Source of the DNA: a virus
Lineage: Duplodnaviria; Caudoviricetes
Direction: 5' to 3' (one strand)
IMG/VR virus record: IMGVR_UViG_3300028888_000005
Location: 1-64,000 of that record
DNA: 64,000 nucleotides
A program made the translations under genes and the position numbers. The notes under the pieces are model-generated. The model worked only from the letters and a program-made list of their open reading frames with translations, was not told the origin of the DNA and did no database searches. Every line of letters starts with the position of its first letter. Within the stretch, counting starts at the first letter, position 1. Of this stretch, positions 30,578 through 39,004 are shown in pieces.

Positions 30578-32938
30578 TCAGTGCTTCAGCGCATCAAAAT
30601 CAATGATGGGACCAACTCGCATATATTCATCCAATTCTCTTTTCCATGCACTCTCGGAACCGAACCTGTCATCAAAGTTTTCCTGAAAATATGTATCGTT
30701 AGCCAACGGATTTGTATATTCATACGCTTTGTCTCCTGTCTTACCGCCGAATGCAACCAACCTGTCCTCACGTAGAAGCATAAGCATGATATTAGCACTG
30801 ACACGGTCAAAGTTGCCCTGAGGGTTCCATGCTGCAAGCTCTTGAAGATACGCATGGTTACGGATAGTAAACAGTCTTGGTACATCCACAATCTCATCCT
30901 CTCCGTGATCATTCTTAGTTGTCATAGGAACCAACTCACGTAAGTATTTTTCGATGAGCTCACGTCCATAATTATTCACAGGCTCGGTAGCCTTTGTGCC
31001 TTTAGTTGTGTTGCCATAAGTAGGAACCTTCACGTTGAACTTGTCTTTAACAATCTCAAGGGTATCGGTGAGAAGATATGCGCTATGCATCTTAGAGAAG
31101 TATCCGAACAAACCTTTCTTATCATTCTCGTAATTAAGACGGGCATCATAGAACAGACACAGTCGCCTGCATATCTCATAGAAATCCTCGGCAAGGATGG
31201 GTCTGCCAGTGTACTCAGCAACTATCCTATCCGTCCACATATCCAGAATAAATATACTGCCAAGAGACGTGGTGCCGCTGACATCATCGTCATAAGGGTC
31301 GGCCCCTGCAATGTACCTATTGGAGTATACTTTGTTTGTCTTTTTATCCTTTTCGGGCATCTCAAAGATCTCAACAGCTCCGATCATGCCCTTGTTGTCT
31401 TTGTGTGGAAATTGTCTAATCGGCTCAGCAGCAGCAGGTTTGAACTCAACCTCACCAGATGGATTGATAGCTAACTCACCGCAATAAGCGTTGTCATAGA
31501 ACCTTGGATTGCTGTCAATCTGAAGCAAACGCTCCATAATATCAGTGACAGGGAAACGAGACGTGTTAACCTGGATGATAGCTTCGGCAGGGGTGATCGG
31601 CATCTCAGCAGTGACCTTAACGATTGTCCTCGGGTCTCCTGTCTGATACTTAGCTTTGTATCTCTCCATAAGCAGGAACAGCAGAGAGTCCACAACATCG
31701 CTTACGCCATCCTCGTTGTATTTACCTTTGATGTTAACATAAGCAGGGAAGAAGAAGCAGAAGTAGGGTCTTCCCTGATTAGGTTTATCCCATACATTAG
31801 GAAGTGCATACACATCGTAACCCATTGGACTGTAGAGGATTTCCTTTGCACCAAAGAAGTCGCTGTCTTTATCACCGGCAGTACCTAACGCATAGGAGAA
31901 GGCATACTTGATGCCACCTTCCTCAGTACCATACTTGGCGATGTTCCATGTCTCGATAAAGTTAGGGAATGAACCAAACTCCTCCCACAGAAGGTAGCCA
32001 CGCTTACCACGGACCTTCTTAGGGTCAGTGTCCACAGCGATGCCAGACACAGAGTTTTGTGTGCCCATGTTTGCTCCTGTCACTTTATCTTTGAAGCCAG
32101 CAACCCATGTCATCTTGTTTGAGGAGTCAAATAGTGTGCGCTTAGGAAACTGCGTGTGCTTCTTGACAAAGTCGATGTTAGGAGTGAACTTAGTGAGTGT
32201 GCCGTCACTACCAGACAGATAAGTCATAGAGGCGGCGACAATGAATGTAGCAAACCTCTTGTGTGCGTCCTTGCTTTCACCGAGAATGAAGTTGCGTGTG
32301 GCAATAGACGCTAATGAGAATGATTTACCGCTACCACGCTTAGAGAGCTCTACAGCATGAGTACCGCCCTCAAAGTTGTTGTACTTGCCGCCATTGCGTG
32401 CCTGATCAATGTAGTGAAAGCGCCAGTATACACCTTCCCATACCTCAGGAAAGCCTTCAGTACGTGAACCAACCTTACTGCCCTTCTTCGCTTTCGTAAG
32501 CATGATAGGGCAATAGTTGATGTAGTAATACATCAATCCAGGTATCCATTCTCCATCTTCTGGTCTGACCATTCCGTCCCAGCAGCGTCTTACTTCCTCG
32601 TCAAGCCACTTACGATACTGAGAGTTAGGATTGCTGTTTGGTTTAAGATCAGTATACCTGCCATACTTCTCAAAGTGTATAGCAGACTGCCTGAAGTAAT
32701 CCATGTTCTCGATGATGTGTGGATTGGCTAGGTCAACAATGATCCTACCACGTTTATCCCTAGGAAGGTCCTTAGCACGCTTCCTATCAGGAGATATAAG
32801 CGCAGAAATAAAAGGCACGGAGCTGATAAACTCCATGAACTGCTCACGCACTTCCTGTGGATACGAGGAGAGCAACTCCTCAGTAATAGGAGTCTGGTAC
32901 TCGTTTGTCTGTACTATGCGATCATTCTTCGATACCAT
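30578..32938 (-). CDS. terL: terminase large subunit
   Basis: KRGSGKS Walker A, WEEFG Walker B, GTAG, GADPYD and NFDRVSA nuclease motifs. Start ATG 32938 is more likely than 33028. Confidence 0.9.
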   Translation of the reverse strand: MVSKNDRIVQTNEYQTPITEELLSSYPQEVREQFMEFISSVPFISALISPDRKRAKDLPRDKRGRIIVDLANPHIIENMDYFRQSAIHFEKYGRYTDLKPNSNPNSQYRKWLDEEVRRCWDGMVRPEDGEWIPGLMYYYINYCPIMLTKAKKGSKVGSRTEGFPEVWEGVYWRFHYIDQARNGGKYNNFEGGTHAVELSKRGSGKSFSLASIATRNFILGESKDAHKRFATFIVAASMTYLSGSDGTLTKFTPNIDFVKKHTQFPKRTLFDSSNKMTWVAGFKDKVTGANMGTQNSVSGIAVDTDPKKVRGKRGYLLWEEFGSFPNFIETWNIAKYGTEEGGIKYAFSYALGTAGDKDSDFFGAKEILYSPMGYDVYALPNVWDKPNQGRPYFCFFFPAYVNIKGKYNEDGVSDVVDSLLFLLMERYKAKYQTGDPRTIVKVTAEMPITPAEAIIQVNTSRFPVTDIMERLLQIDSNPRFYDNAYCGELAINPSGEVEFKPAAAEPIRQFPHKDNKGMIGAVEIFEMPEKDKKTNKVYSNRYIAGADPYDDDVSGTTSLGSIFILDMWTDRIVAEYTGRPILAEDFYEICRRLCLFYDARLNYENDKKGLFGYFSKMHSAYLLTDTLEIVKDKFNVKVPTYGNTTKGTKATEPVNNYGRELIEKYLRELVPMTTKNDHGEDEIVDVPRLFTIRNHAYLQELAAWNPQGNFDRVSANIMLMLLREDRLVAFGGKTGDKAYEYTNPLANDTYFQENFDDRFGSESAWKRELDEYMRVGPIIDFDALKH

Positions 32939-33146
32939 ACATGTCACGTAGCACATCACGCACTGCCTGCATGGACGGGTTTGTCTTGTATGGTTGCTCA
33001 GGATCTGATTTCTTCTCCCATGCGTCATACTGCTGTGCGTTGTAGTCGTTCATAATGTCATCAAGATTATGGAAACCACGACGTACATAATCACGCATGA
33101 TGTCAAACTTTTCTTCCTGGCTTAAATCTGTCCAATTTTGTGCCAT
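32922..33146 (-). CDS. small hypothetical protein
   Basis: 74 aa, protein-like composition, overlaps the terL start. Confidence 0.6.
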   Translation of the reverse strand: MAQNWTDLSQEEKFDIMRDYVRRGFHNLDDIMNDYNAQQYDAWEKKSDPEQPYKTNPSMQAVRDVLRDMYGIEE

Positions 33147-33264
33147 ATTTTAGCTATGTTTTTTGTTCGGTTTGCAACGATTTCGTACTAATAGTATACA
33201 TAAGTAATTAGCAATGTCACACTAGGATGAGTGGACACTAGGTCCAGTTGTACGAAGTGGTTAT

Positions 33265-33496
33265 GCACGGAGTGCAGAAGCACTGAGTTTGTACAGAATG
33301 GATTGTTAGTGAACAGGATGTCACACAGAGGTGAAGCTATTAGTAAAATTTAACGTTAATAATTTGCCCGTAAAAATAAAACGTCTATTTTTTCTAACTA
33401 GTGATGAATAATAATATTTTAATATTATTATGAAGCACAGAGTGGTATTCTTTCTTTGGTTCTTTCTTTCTTACAGTTTAGGCACAGAGTGCAGAA
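33265..33496. repeat. GCAC(A/G/T)GAGT direct repeats around an AT-rich core
   Basis: Copies at 33265, 33280, 33435 and 33482. Confidence 0.55.
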
Positions 33497-33520
33497 ACTA
33501 TGTTAAATCGCCGTTAACAC

Positions 33521-34078
33521 TCACTCTACGTTATCCAGTTCTGTGTCCATGATGCCCATTTCAGTGTTGCCACGTGCAGCTTCAGTTTCACGTAGCTGCT
33601 CATTTAGGAACTGCTCAGCATTGTCCAAGTCACGCACAAGAGCAGGGACCTGCTTGATTGTGGACGTGATGACATTGAGTGTATAGATAGGCTTACCGTT
33701 CTTGTCCTTGTCATCCAGGTTGATGTCACGCAGCAACTGGCGCAGTTTGTCTACAGCATAGCGTGTATCCTGCAACAATAAGGCAGCAGTGGTTGTGAAA
33801 GAGGAATAGAGAGCTATAGCGTCAAGCACTGCTTTGTCTGGTTTCCATTTAGGTGGCAAACCAAGTCCTGCTTTAACCTCACGTGCACGATCATCCTCGT
33901 CAATTATGTACTGATACTCACTACGAGGATCAACGAGGAAGTAGATATAGGCAAACTCAGCTTGGGCTTTGTTTTTATCCTTACTTCTATCACGTGTCCA
34001 TAGAGTCTTAAACGGCTTCAGAAGCAAAGCCTCCGGAGCAACTTTTACCTGGTAGCCTTCATACCTGAATAGTCTCAT
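33521..34078 (-). CDS. conserved crAss protein upstream of terL (possible small terminase)
   Basis: RDRSKDK...AYIYF motif and position; function is inferred. Confidence 0.55.
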   Translation of the reverse strand: MRLFRYEGYQVKVAPEALLLKPFKTLWTRDRSKDKNKAQAEFAYIYFLVDPRSEYQYIIDEDDRAREVKAGLGLPPKWKPDKAVLDAIALYSSFTTTAALLLQDTRYAVDKLRQLLRDINLDDKDKNGKPIYTLNVITSTIKQVPALVRDLDNAEQFLNEQLRETEAARGNTEMGIMDTELDNVE

Positions 34079-34230
34079 TCATGTGTAGTATAATTGTTGT
34101 TATTTGGTAATTGACATATTTCATGCAGACCTTTTCCATTATGTTCTTTACATCACATTATAGCAAGCTCTGTAGCTTTCTTTGATGGCTTATTAAATAG
34201 ATCGCCAATATGATTACGCTTAGGTTTCAT
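34075..34230 (-). pseudogene. 51-codon ORF with internal TGA
   Basis: ATGA overlaps at both ends; TGA at 34153-34155. Confidence 0.45.
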
Positions 34231-34634
34231 TGCAGGATCTGATTAGACGGCATCCACAATGGAGGAAGGTCTTCGGTTTCCTCGTATTCGTCAATAACAA
34301 ACTGAATGTCACTGTCATAGATGTACATACAATCTTTGCCATCAATGTTAATCAATGGGATATTGTATGCCACAACAGGATTATCAGTTACCACGCCGTC
34401 CTTTAATGAACCACTCTGGTGCTTCATCTTGGCATAGCGCATAGGATCAATCATGATCACATCACCAGGTTTGCAGTTCTTGACTGTGGGCCCTACAGCG
34501 ATAACACGCTGATAATCCTTAACGGTACCTTTAGTGCTGATAACAACACCGTTCTGTGTTACGTCATTCTCGTACACATCCTTGGTGGTCAGTACGTGAT
34601 TGAACGTAGGTGTAATCTTCTTAAGCTTCAACAT
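34227..34634 (-). CDS. groES: co-chaperonin GroES-like
   Basis: PTFNHVL, VIAVGP, KPGDVI, DGKDCMYIYDSDI. Confidence 0.7.
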   Translation of the reverse strand: MLKLKKITPTFNHVLTTKDVYENDVTQNGVVISTKGTVKDYQRVIAVGPTVKNCKPGDVIMIDPMRYAKMKHQSGSLKDGVVTDNPVVAYNIPLINIDGKDCMYIYDSDIQFVIDEYEETEDLPPLWMPSNQILQ

Positions 34635-34999
34635 TGTTCTGTATCTTTATTAGTTTGTTCTGTATCTTTATTCTTAATCCTCTGCTCAATCCTGCGCCAT
34701 CTGTACAGGCTCTTCTTTGTCACCTCAATAACGGCAACATGAGGGATCTGTATGCGCCTTCTTGGCTCAAGTAGTTCGTTGTCAGTAAGCTCTTTGGGGC
34801 TTGGTTCAGGAAACAGCAGCTCTATAGATAAGTTGAGATAGTTCTTGTACAGCTTGTATACATCATCTGCTTTAAGCCCAAGCTTCTTGGCAGCATCGTC
34901 ACAAGCCTTACGGAACATGGCGTAATCAGGGGTGGGTATATGCTCACCTCCTTCAAACGCTTCATATCTGTCACTAGATCTACGCTTTCTTCCTTTCAT
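34628..34999 (-). CDS. hypothetical protein, possibly HU/IHF-like
   Basis: AAKKLGLKADDV...IQIPHVAVI; start uncertain. Confidence 0.4.
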   Translation of the reverse strand: MKGRKRRSSDRYEAFEGGEHIPTPDYAMFRKACDDAAKKLGLKADDVYKLYKNYLNLSIELLFPEPSPKELTDNELLEPRRRIQIPHVAVIEVTKKSLYRWRRIEQRIKNKDTEQTNKDTEQC

Positions 35000-35387
35000 C
35001 GTCCTTAAAGTCAAACAGGATAAGCACAGAGAAGTTCTTCCGCTCATCGTCTATCTTGACATCAGGCACAAAGCGCGGATTAAACCTGTTGTCCTTTATA
35101 ATGTTACATTTACGTAACTTACACAGGATAACATTAATGTACCCACTACTAAGCCCCAAGCGGTCCTTAACTACCTGTCGGGCTTCTGTGTCAATGGCAA
35201 GCTTATCAAGCAGCGAGGAGTCTGTGACTTCTTTACTCAGTTCGTAGCGATACTGAAAGAAAGCAGCAGCCACGTCCATTTCCCTGGATGTCAGGTTATG
35301 GAACGGGTTAAGGAAACGTATCCACCAATGAAAGAAAGTACCGCCGTCAAGCGACGACGGCACTCTAATCAAACATGACGGTTTCAT
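34980..35387 (-). CDS. winged-HTH protein
   Basis: LTSREMDV; RLGLSSGYINVILCKLRK. Confidence 0.55.
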   Translation of the reverse strand: MKPSCLIRVPSSLDGGTFFHWWIRFLNPFHNLTSREMDVAAAFFQYRYELSKEVTDSSLLDKLAIDTEARQVVKDRLGLSSGYINVILCKLRKCNIIKDNRFNPRFVPDVKIDDERKNFSVLILFDFKDDERKKA

Positions 35388-35389
35388 AT

Positions 35390-35638
35390 TTACTCTTGCT
35401 GCTCTTTCGGCACCGGGATGAGCTTGTCAAGGAAATCAAGCACCTTAGTGAGCATTTCCTTAGGAAGCACATCTTTATGATCAAGGAGCTGAAGGCAGAT
35501 GTAAGCCATCTCCCTGATCTCGTTCACATTACGCAGGGCGGCATCACGTTCAGCAAGCTGTTGCTGGAGTTGTGCTGCCACGTTCTTGAGCTCATTATAG
35601 GAAAGCTCGTCTTTCTGTTCTTTCTGTTCTTTCACCAT
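35390..35638 (-). CDS. small coiled-coil protein
   Basis: LSYNELKNVAAQL; operon packing. Confidence 0.6.
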   Translation of the reverse strand: MVKEQKEQKDELSYNELKNVAAQLQQQLAERDAALRNVNEIREMAYICLQLLDHKDVLPKEMLTKVLDFLDKLIPVPKEQQE

Positions 35639-35656
35639 TATAGTATATTAAGTTGA

Positions 35657-35872
35657 TTATGAATAACCCTTTAGTGTGTTTCTGCGGTCCTTAACATAAG
35701 ACTCGCCGTATTTCTTGATATACAGTGTTTCCCAGTCGTAGATGTTGGGAAGCTGCCCTATGTCAGTGCTACCACATTCACGACAGAAATCCTGTCCGTC
35801 AATGGTCTCTATGCCGAGACTACAGCAACGACGGCAGTAAAAAACAGGATCGGTGTCCTCTTTGCGTATCAT
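35657..35872 (-). CDS. Zn-ribbon protein
   Basis: CRRC...CREC. Confidence 0.65.
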   Translation of the reverse strand: MIRKEDTDPVFYCRRCCSLGIETIDGQDFCRECGSTDIGQLPNIYDWETLYIKKYGESYVKDRRNTLKGYS

Positions 35873-36045
35873 CTGTAGTACACAAGGACGTACCCTGATG
35901 GTATAGAATCCATGTACTTAAGCTCTTTATCAGTGACCCCGATCTCATTAGCGCGTTTGATAACAGCGCTGAGGTGCGGCTCCACGATTACACGAAGCTG
36001 TTTCTTCTCTGTCTTCTTGTTTTCTGATTTCTTTTCGTTTGCCAT
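35869..36045 (-). CDS. small hypothetical protein
   Basis: Likely start MANEKK after TATTTTTG box at 36065-36072. Confidence 0.55.
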   Translation of the reverse strand: MANEKKSENKKTEKKQLRVIVEPHLSAVIKRANEIGVTDKELKYMDSIPSGYVLVYYR

Positions 36046-36129
36046 GATCGTATTAATTTCTGCGCAAAAATACAACCATTAGACAAATATTGCAAGTTTT
36101 TTAAGTACTTTCGTATAAAAATAAAATAG

Positions 36130-37287
36130 TTATTCACTAATACCCAATACGTAGTCAATTACTGTGCGGTTAGCTCTGTCTATCTTAGAGTGGTCAAATG
36201 TGATGTAAACATCAGTAACTGTATTCTGTGAGTGCCCTAAGGATGCGGATATGGTCTCTTTGGGGATATCAAGTGATGCAGCTATAGTGGCCCATGTGTA
36301 TCTGGCACAGTATGTAGTCAGCCCATGTACACCAATGCTAGTGCCGATAGGTTTAAGATGCCTGTTAATCATACACACCAGTGTGTGCGGGCTACGATAC
36401 TTCCTGACCCAGTCCATCACGCTCCAAAGTTGTTTAGCTTCCGGTTGTAGCTTGAACTCATAGTATTTACCGGTCTTCTGCCTGTTATACTTCACCTTTG
36501 TGGTAGAGGTGTCTGCCATGTGCCACAGGTCAGTCATGTTGATGCCTATCATATAGAACGAGAGCAGGAAACAGTCACGGGCATTCTTTTGCTCTCCATA
36601 TAAATCCAGGGAGATAAGCGTACGGAGCTGTTTCACTGATAGACTTCTTGGTTGATGTCTTTCGTGGTATATCTTGAACTTCCTGAACGGATAATTGAGT
36701 GTGATTCCGTCATCTATGGCTGCGTTGAACACAGCACGGAGATTACGGAAGTGTACAGACCTTGCATTAAGTGACGGACATCCATGTTCACTGAGCCACT
36801 TATCAAACTTACGTAACCAACCGGGGTTAATGGAGTCAAACAGCACAGTGCCCATAGCAGGATTGTACTGAATCAGTCTGCTAATGGTAGACTTATACAC
36901 GGACCTTGTGTTTGGTTTAGGTCTTGTTTCCATGAACTGCATCATGTAGGGAAGCACAAACTTAGTGCCTATATCTCTGTGCAGTTCAGTTATGATAATC
37001 TCCTTCAGTTGGGCGGCTTCTATATCCCTCAGTGCATACCCACCACCGAGCCTAAGCATCACATCCTGTGCAGACAGGAGCATACGATTAGCGTCTATGG
37101 TGAGCTTCCTTGCGTCAGGATGCCGTACAACAACCAGCCTGCGTTGGTCCCACTGATCTTTACGCAACTTGATACCAGTAGGAGCATAGCAGGTCTTACC
37201 GTTAGATGAGAATGACAACTGTAGTGAACGTAGGCTGTCCACGGTGTACCTAGTCCCGCGTGACAGGCATAATGTTATCTTGGCCAT
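36130..37287 (-). CDS. int: tyrosine integrase, Bacteroidetes type
   Basis: Arm-binding-like N-term (TGIKL..DQWD), core-binding region (RNLRAVFN), catalytic-region GINMTDL, RQKTG, YCARYTWA, LGH, TDVY; TAACTTTG box at 37315-37322. Confidence 0.9.
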   Translation of the reverse strand: MAKITLCLSRGTRYTVDSLRSLQLSFSSNGKTCYAPTGIKLRKDQWDQRRLVVVRHPDARKLTIDANRMLLSAQDVMLRLGGGYALRDIEAAQLKEIIITELHRDIGTKFVLPYMMQFMETRPKPNTRSVYKSTISRLIQYNPAMGTVLFDSINPGWLRKFDKWLSEHGCPSLNARSVHFRNLRAVFNAAIDDGITLNYPFRKFKIYHERHQPRSLSVKQLRTLISLDLYGEQKNARDCFLLSFYMIGINMTDLWHMADTSTTKVKYNRQKTGKYYEFKLQPEAKQLWSVMDWVRKYRSPHTLVCMINRHLKPIGTSIGVHGLTTYCARYTWATIAASLDIPKETISASLGHSQNTVTDVYITFDHSKIDRANRTVIDYVLGISE

Positions 37288-37396
37288 AGTGTGAAGTATT
37301 GAGGTTGAAGGCCGCAAAGTTAACAAAAATGTCTACAGTTTTTCTACCATAACAGTAAAAATATCTACGCATTTTGTTCAGTGAGCAGTATGTAGA

Positions 37397-37433
37397 AAGA
37401 AAACACAGGAGCTTTCACAAGTCCCTGTGTTTC
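37397..37433 (-). terminator. terminator downstream of tRNA fragment
   Basis: AAACACAGG..CTT-GTGA-AAG..CCTGTGTTT followed by a U-rich tract. Confidence 0.75.
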
Positions 37434-37496
37434 TGGCGGAGTGACCGAGATTCGAACTCGGGATACGCTTTTGACGTATACACGCTTTCCAGGCGT
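37434..37496 (-). mobile_element. attP: 3' part of tRNA-Ser(GGA)
   Basis: ACGC-CTGGAAA-GCGT anticodon arm, long variable arm, CCGAG-TTCGAAT-CTCGG T arm, TCACTCC-G-CCA. No D arm or 5' acceptor strand upstream. Confidence 0.85.
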
Positions 37497-37582
37497 ATCA
37501 CCGCCATCAGTAAGTGCCTAATAATCCAATCTTTAACATTATGAAGAAAAATAGTTCTACGCTTCTTCTATATTTGAGAGAG

Positions 37583-37760
37583 AAAAACCGCGCCGCTTCA
37601 CAGGGGCACGGCTTCAACCTTCTAATACCATTAACATAAACCTTTTATCACTTCATCATGCTTATTACGGCCTAAACATTGATTTCCCAATCAGATAAAA
37701 AACCAATAAACCAATGAATCATTACTACTTTCACTCATGAAAAAATCTTACACTTCTTAC
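37583..37760 (-). ncRNA. candidate sRNA A
   Basis: TATCTTTG box at 37766-37773, U/G-rich body, GUGA-loop terminator at 37583-37613. Confidence 0.6.
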
Positions 37761-38242
37761 GTGTGCAAAGATAGCATGAATATCCGTAAACACCAAATAT
37801 TTATCAGAAAATCATGCAGATTAGTGTAAACTTTTTGCTGTGCAGATAGGGTGCACAGGCACTCGTAGTAGACATTCTGCGCAGAAAAACACCCCCATAT
37901 AGTTCCATTTCTGTGCATATCCCCCACCCTTTTGTACGGAATTTCTTGTTGTGTACAGGTTCACAAAGTGCCCACTATTAGTACAGAATCATTACGTACA
38001 GTACATAATGTACATGCAATAATAGCGTACAATCTGTGCAGAAAATGTACGGTAATTTGTGCAGACGATTTGCAGAGAGTCTATTGTATATCGCGTATGA
38101 GAGAAAGGGTTAATTTGACAGGATTTATTATATGTCGCGTATACGGAAATAGTCCCCCCGTACCCCACCCTATTACAGCGCGAAGGGTAATGCCCCCCTC
38201 TTCGATGCTGTTATGTTCGGGGGCGCATAGGAGAACCAAGTT

Positions 38243-38500
38243 ATGCAGATCAACCTGCAAACCCCAATCAGTGCCCTGAAGGGCCAGTCATTCGTCCTGC
38301 TTCAGGACGGCAGTGTTAAACTCAACGGCACCAACGCCGACCTGTACATCAGTCCTGAGATCTTCGCGATGCTCAAGGCTGAGTTCGCCAAGGCTGAGGC
38401 CAAGCGCAACCTGGGCCAGTTCGTGGTCAACCGCAGGGTTAAGACCGTGAACGGCAAGGAGTTCACGAGGTATGAGGTGCGCTTAGGCATGACGCTCTGA
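38243..38500 (+). CDS. small early protein
   Basis: Strong codon bias; followed by a UUCG terminator. Confidence 0.75.
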   Translation: MQINLQTPISALKGQSFVLLQDGSVKLNGTNADLYISPEIFAMLKAEFAKAEAKRNLGQFVVNRRVKTVNGKEFTRYEVRLGMTL

Positions 38501-38512
38501 GTAAATCCCAAG

Positions 38513-38531
38513 AGCCCTTCGGGGCTTTTTT
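38513..38531 (+). terminator. intrinsic terminator
   Basis: AGCCC-TTCG-GGGCT followed by a T tract. Confidence 0.8.
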
Positions 38532-38673
38532 ATCAATCCCATCAGCCAGATATTGCTATCTTTACATTAACGCAAGGATAACAGCACTGGTTGGTGGGGC
38601 TTACAATTAGCTATTAACTGGCACAAAATAGGCACTGAATGTGTTGAAATGTGCATAAAACTGAAGCAAAACT

Positions 38674-38760
38674 ATGAATATTTACGTTCTTGCTGATGGT
38701 ACACTGAGCACTCCATGCACACCAGAGGATGCACAGCAGTACAACAATGAGTGGAAGTAA
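38674..38760 (+). CDS. 28-aa peptide (not in ORF track)
   Basis: MNIYVLADGTLSTPCTPEDAQQYNNEWK with A-rich leader. Confidence 0.35.
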   Translation: MNIYVLADGTLSTPCTPEDAQQYNNEWK

Positions 38761-38774
38761 AGTACACTCACCGC

Positions 38775-38872
38775 ACTAGATTGAATCGAGCCGTCTGCCT
38801 AAGCAGCCAAATGCTAATAATTTTTTCATGAGTGATTGGGGGATTGCGTTGTGAAACGTGGTCCCCATTTTA
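38775..38872 (+). ncRNA. candidate sRNA B (5' end uncertain)
   Basis: ATTTTTTCATGAGTGA (identical to sRNA A) followed by a GUGA-loop terminator at 38837-38871. Confidence 0.45.
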
Positions 38873-38883
38873 TTTATATAACC

Positions 38884-38946
38884 CGTCAGCCAAGGAGACG
38901 TAAACATACTACCTGATGAAACTTGGACGAAATAGAGATATCGTAG
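38884..38946 (+). ncRNA. hammerhead-type ribozyme candidate with pseudoknot
   Basis: CTAC-CTGATGA-aacttggac-GAAA-TA-GAGA-TA-TC-GTAG; upstream hairpin loop CCAAG is complementary to CTTGG. Confidence 0.65.
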
Positions 38947-39004
38947 AAATAATTCAAAAACAAGAAAGAGGTCATTGCGAGACCATAAACACTGCAAGCA
39001 CACT

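Noticed and set aside
32939-33028. Cys-rich N-terminal extension of TerL or a frameshift fusion
   Set aside because: It overlaps a better 74-aa gene, ATG 32938 is sufficient, and no slippery site is evident.
37434-37520. Functional phage tRNA-Ser gene
   Set aside because: No GGAGTGA 5' acceptor strand or D arm upstream on the minus strand; treated as attP.
33147-38240. CRISPR array
   Set aside because: The repeats are short, degenerate and irregularly spaced.
37932-38279. 115-aa ORF in the switch region
   Set aside because: TTG start, atypical composition, and it runs across repeat motifs.
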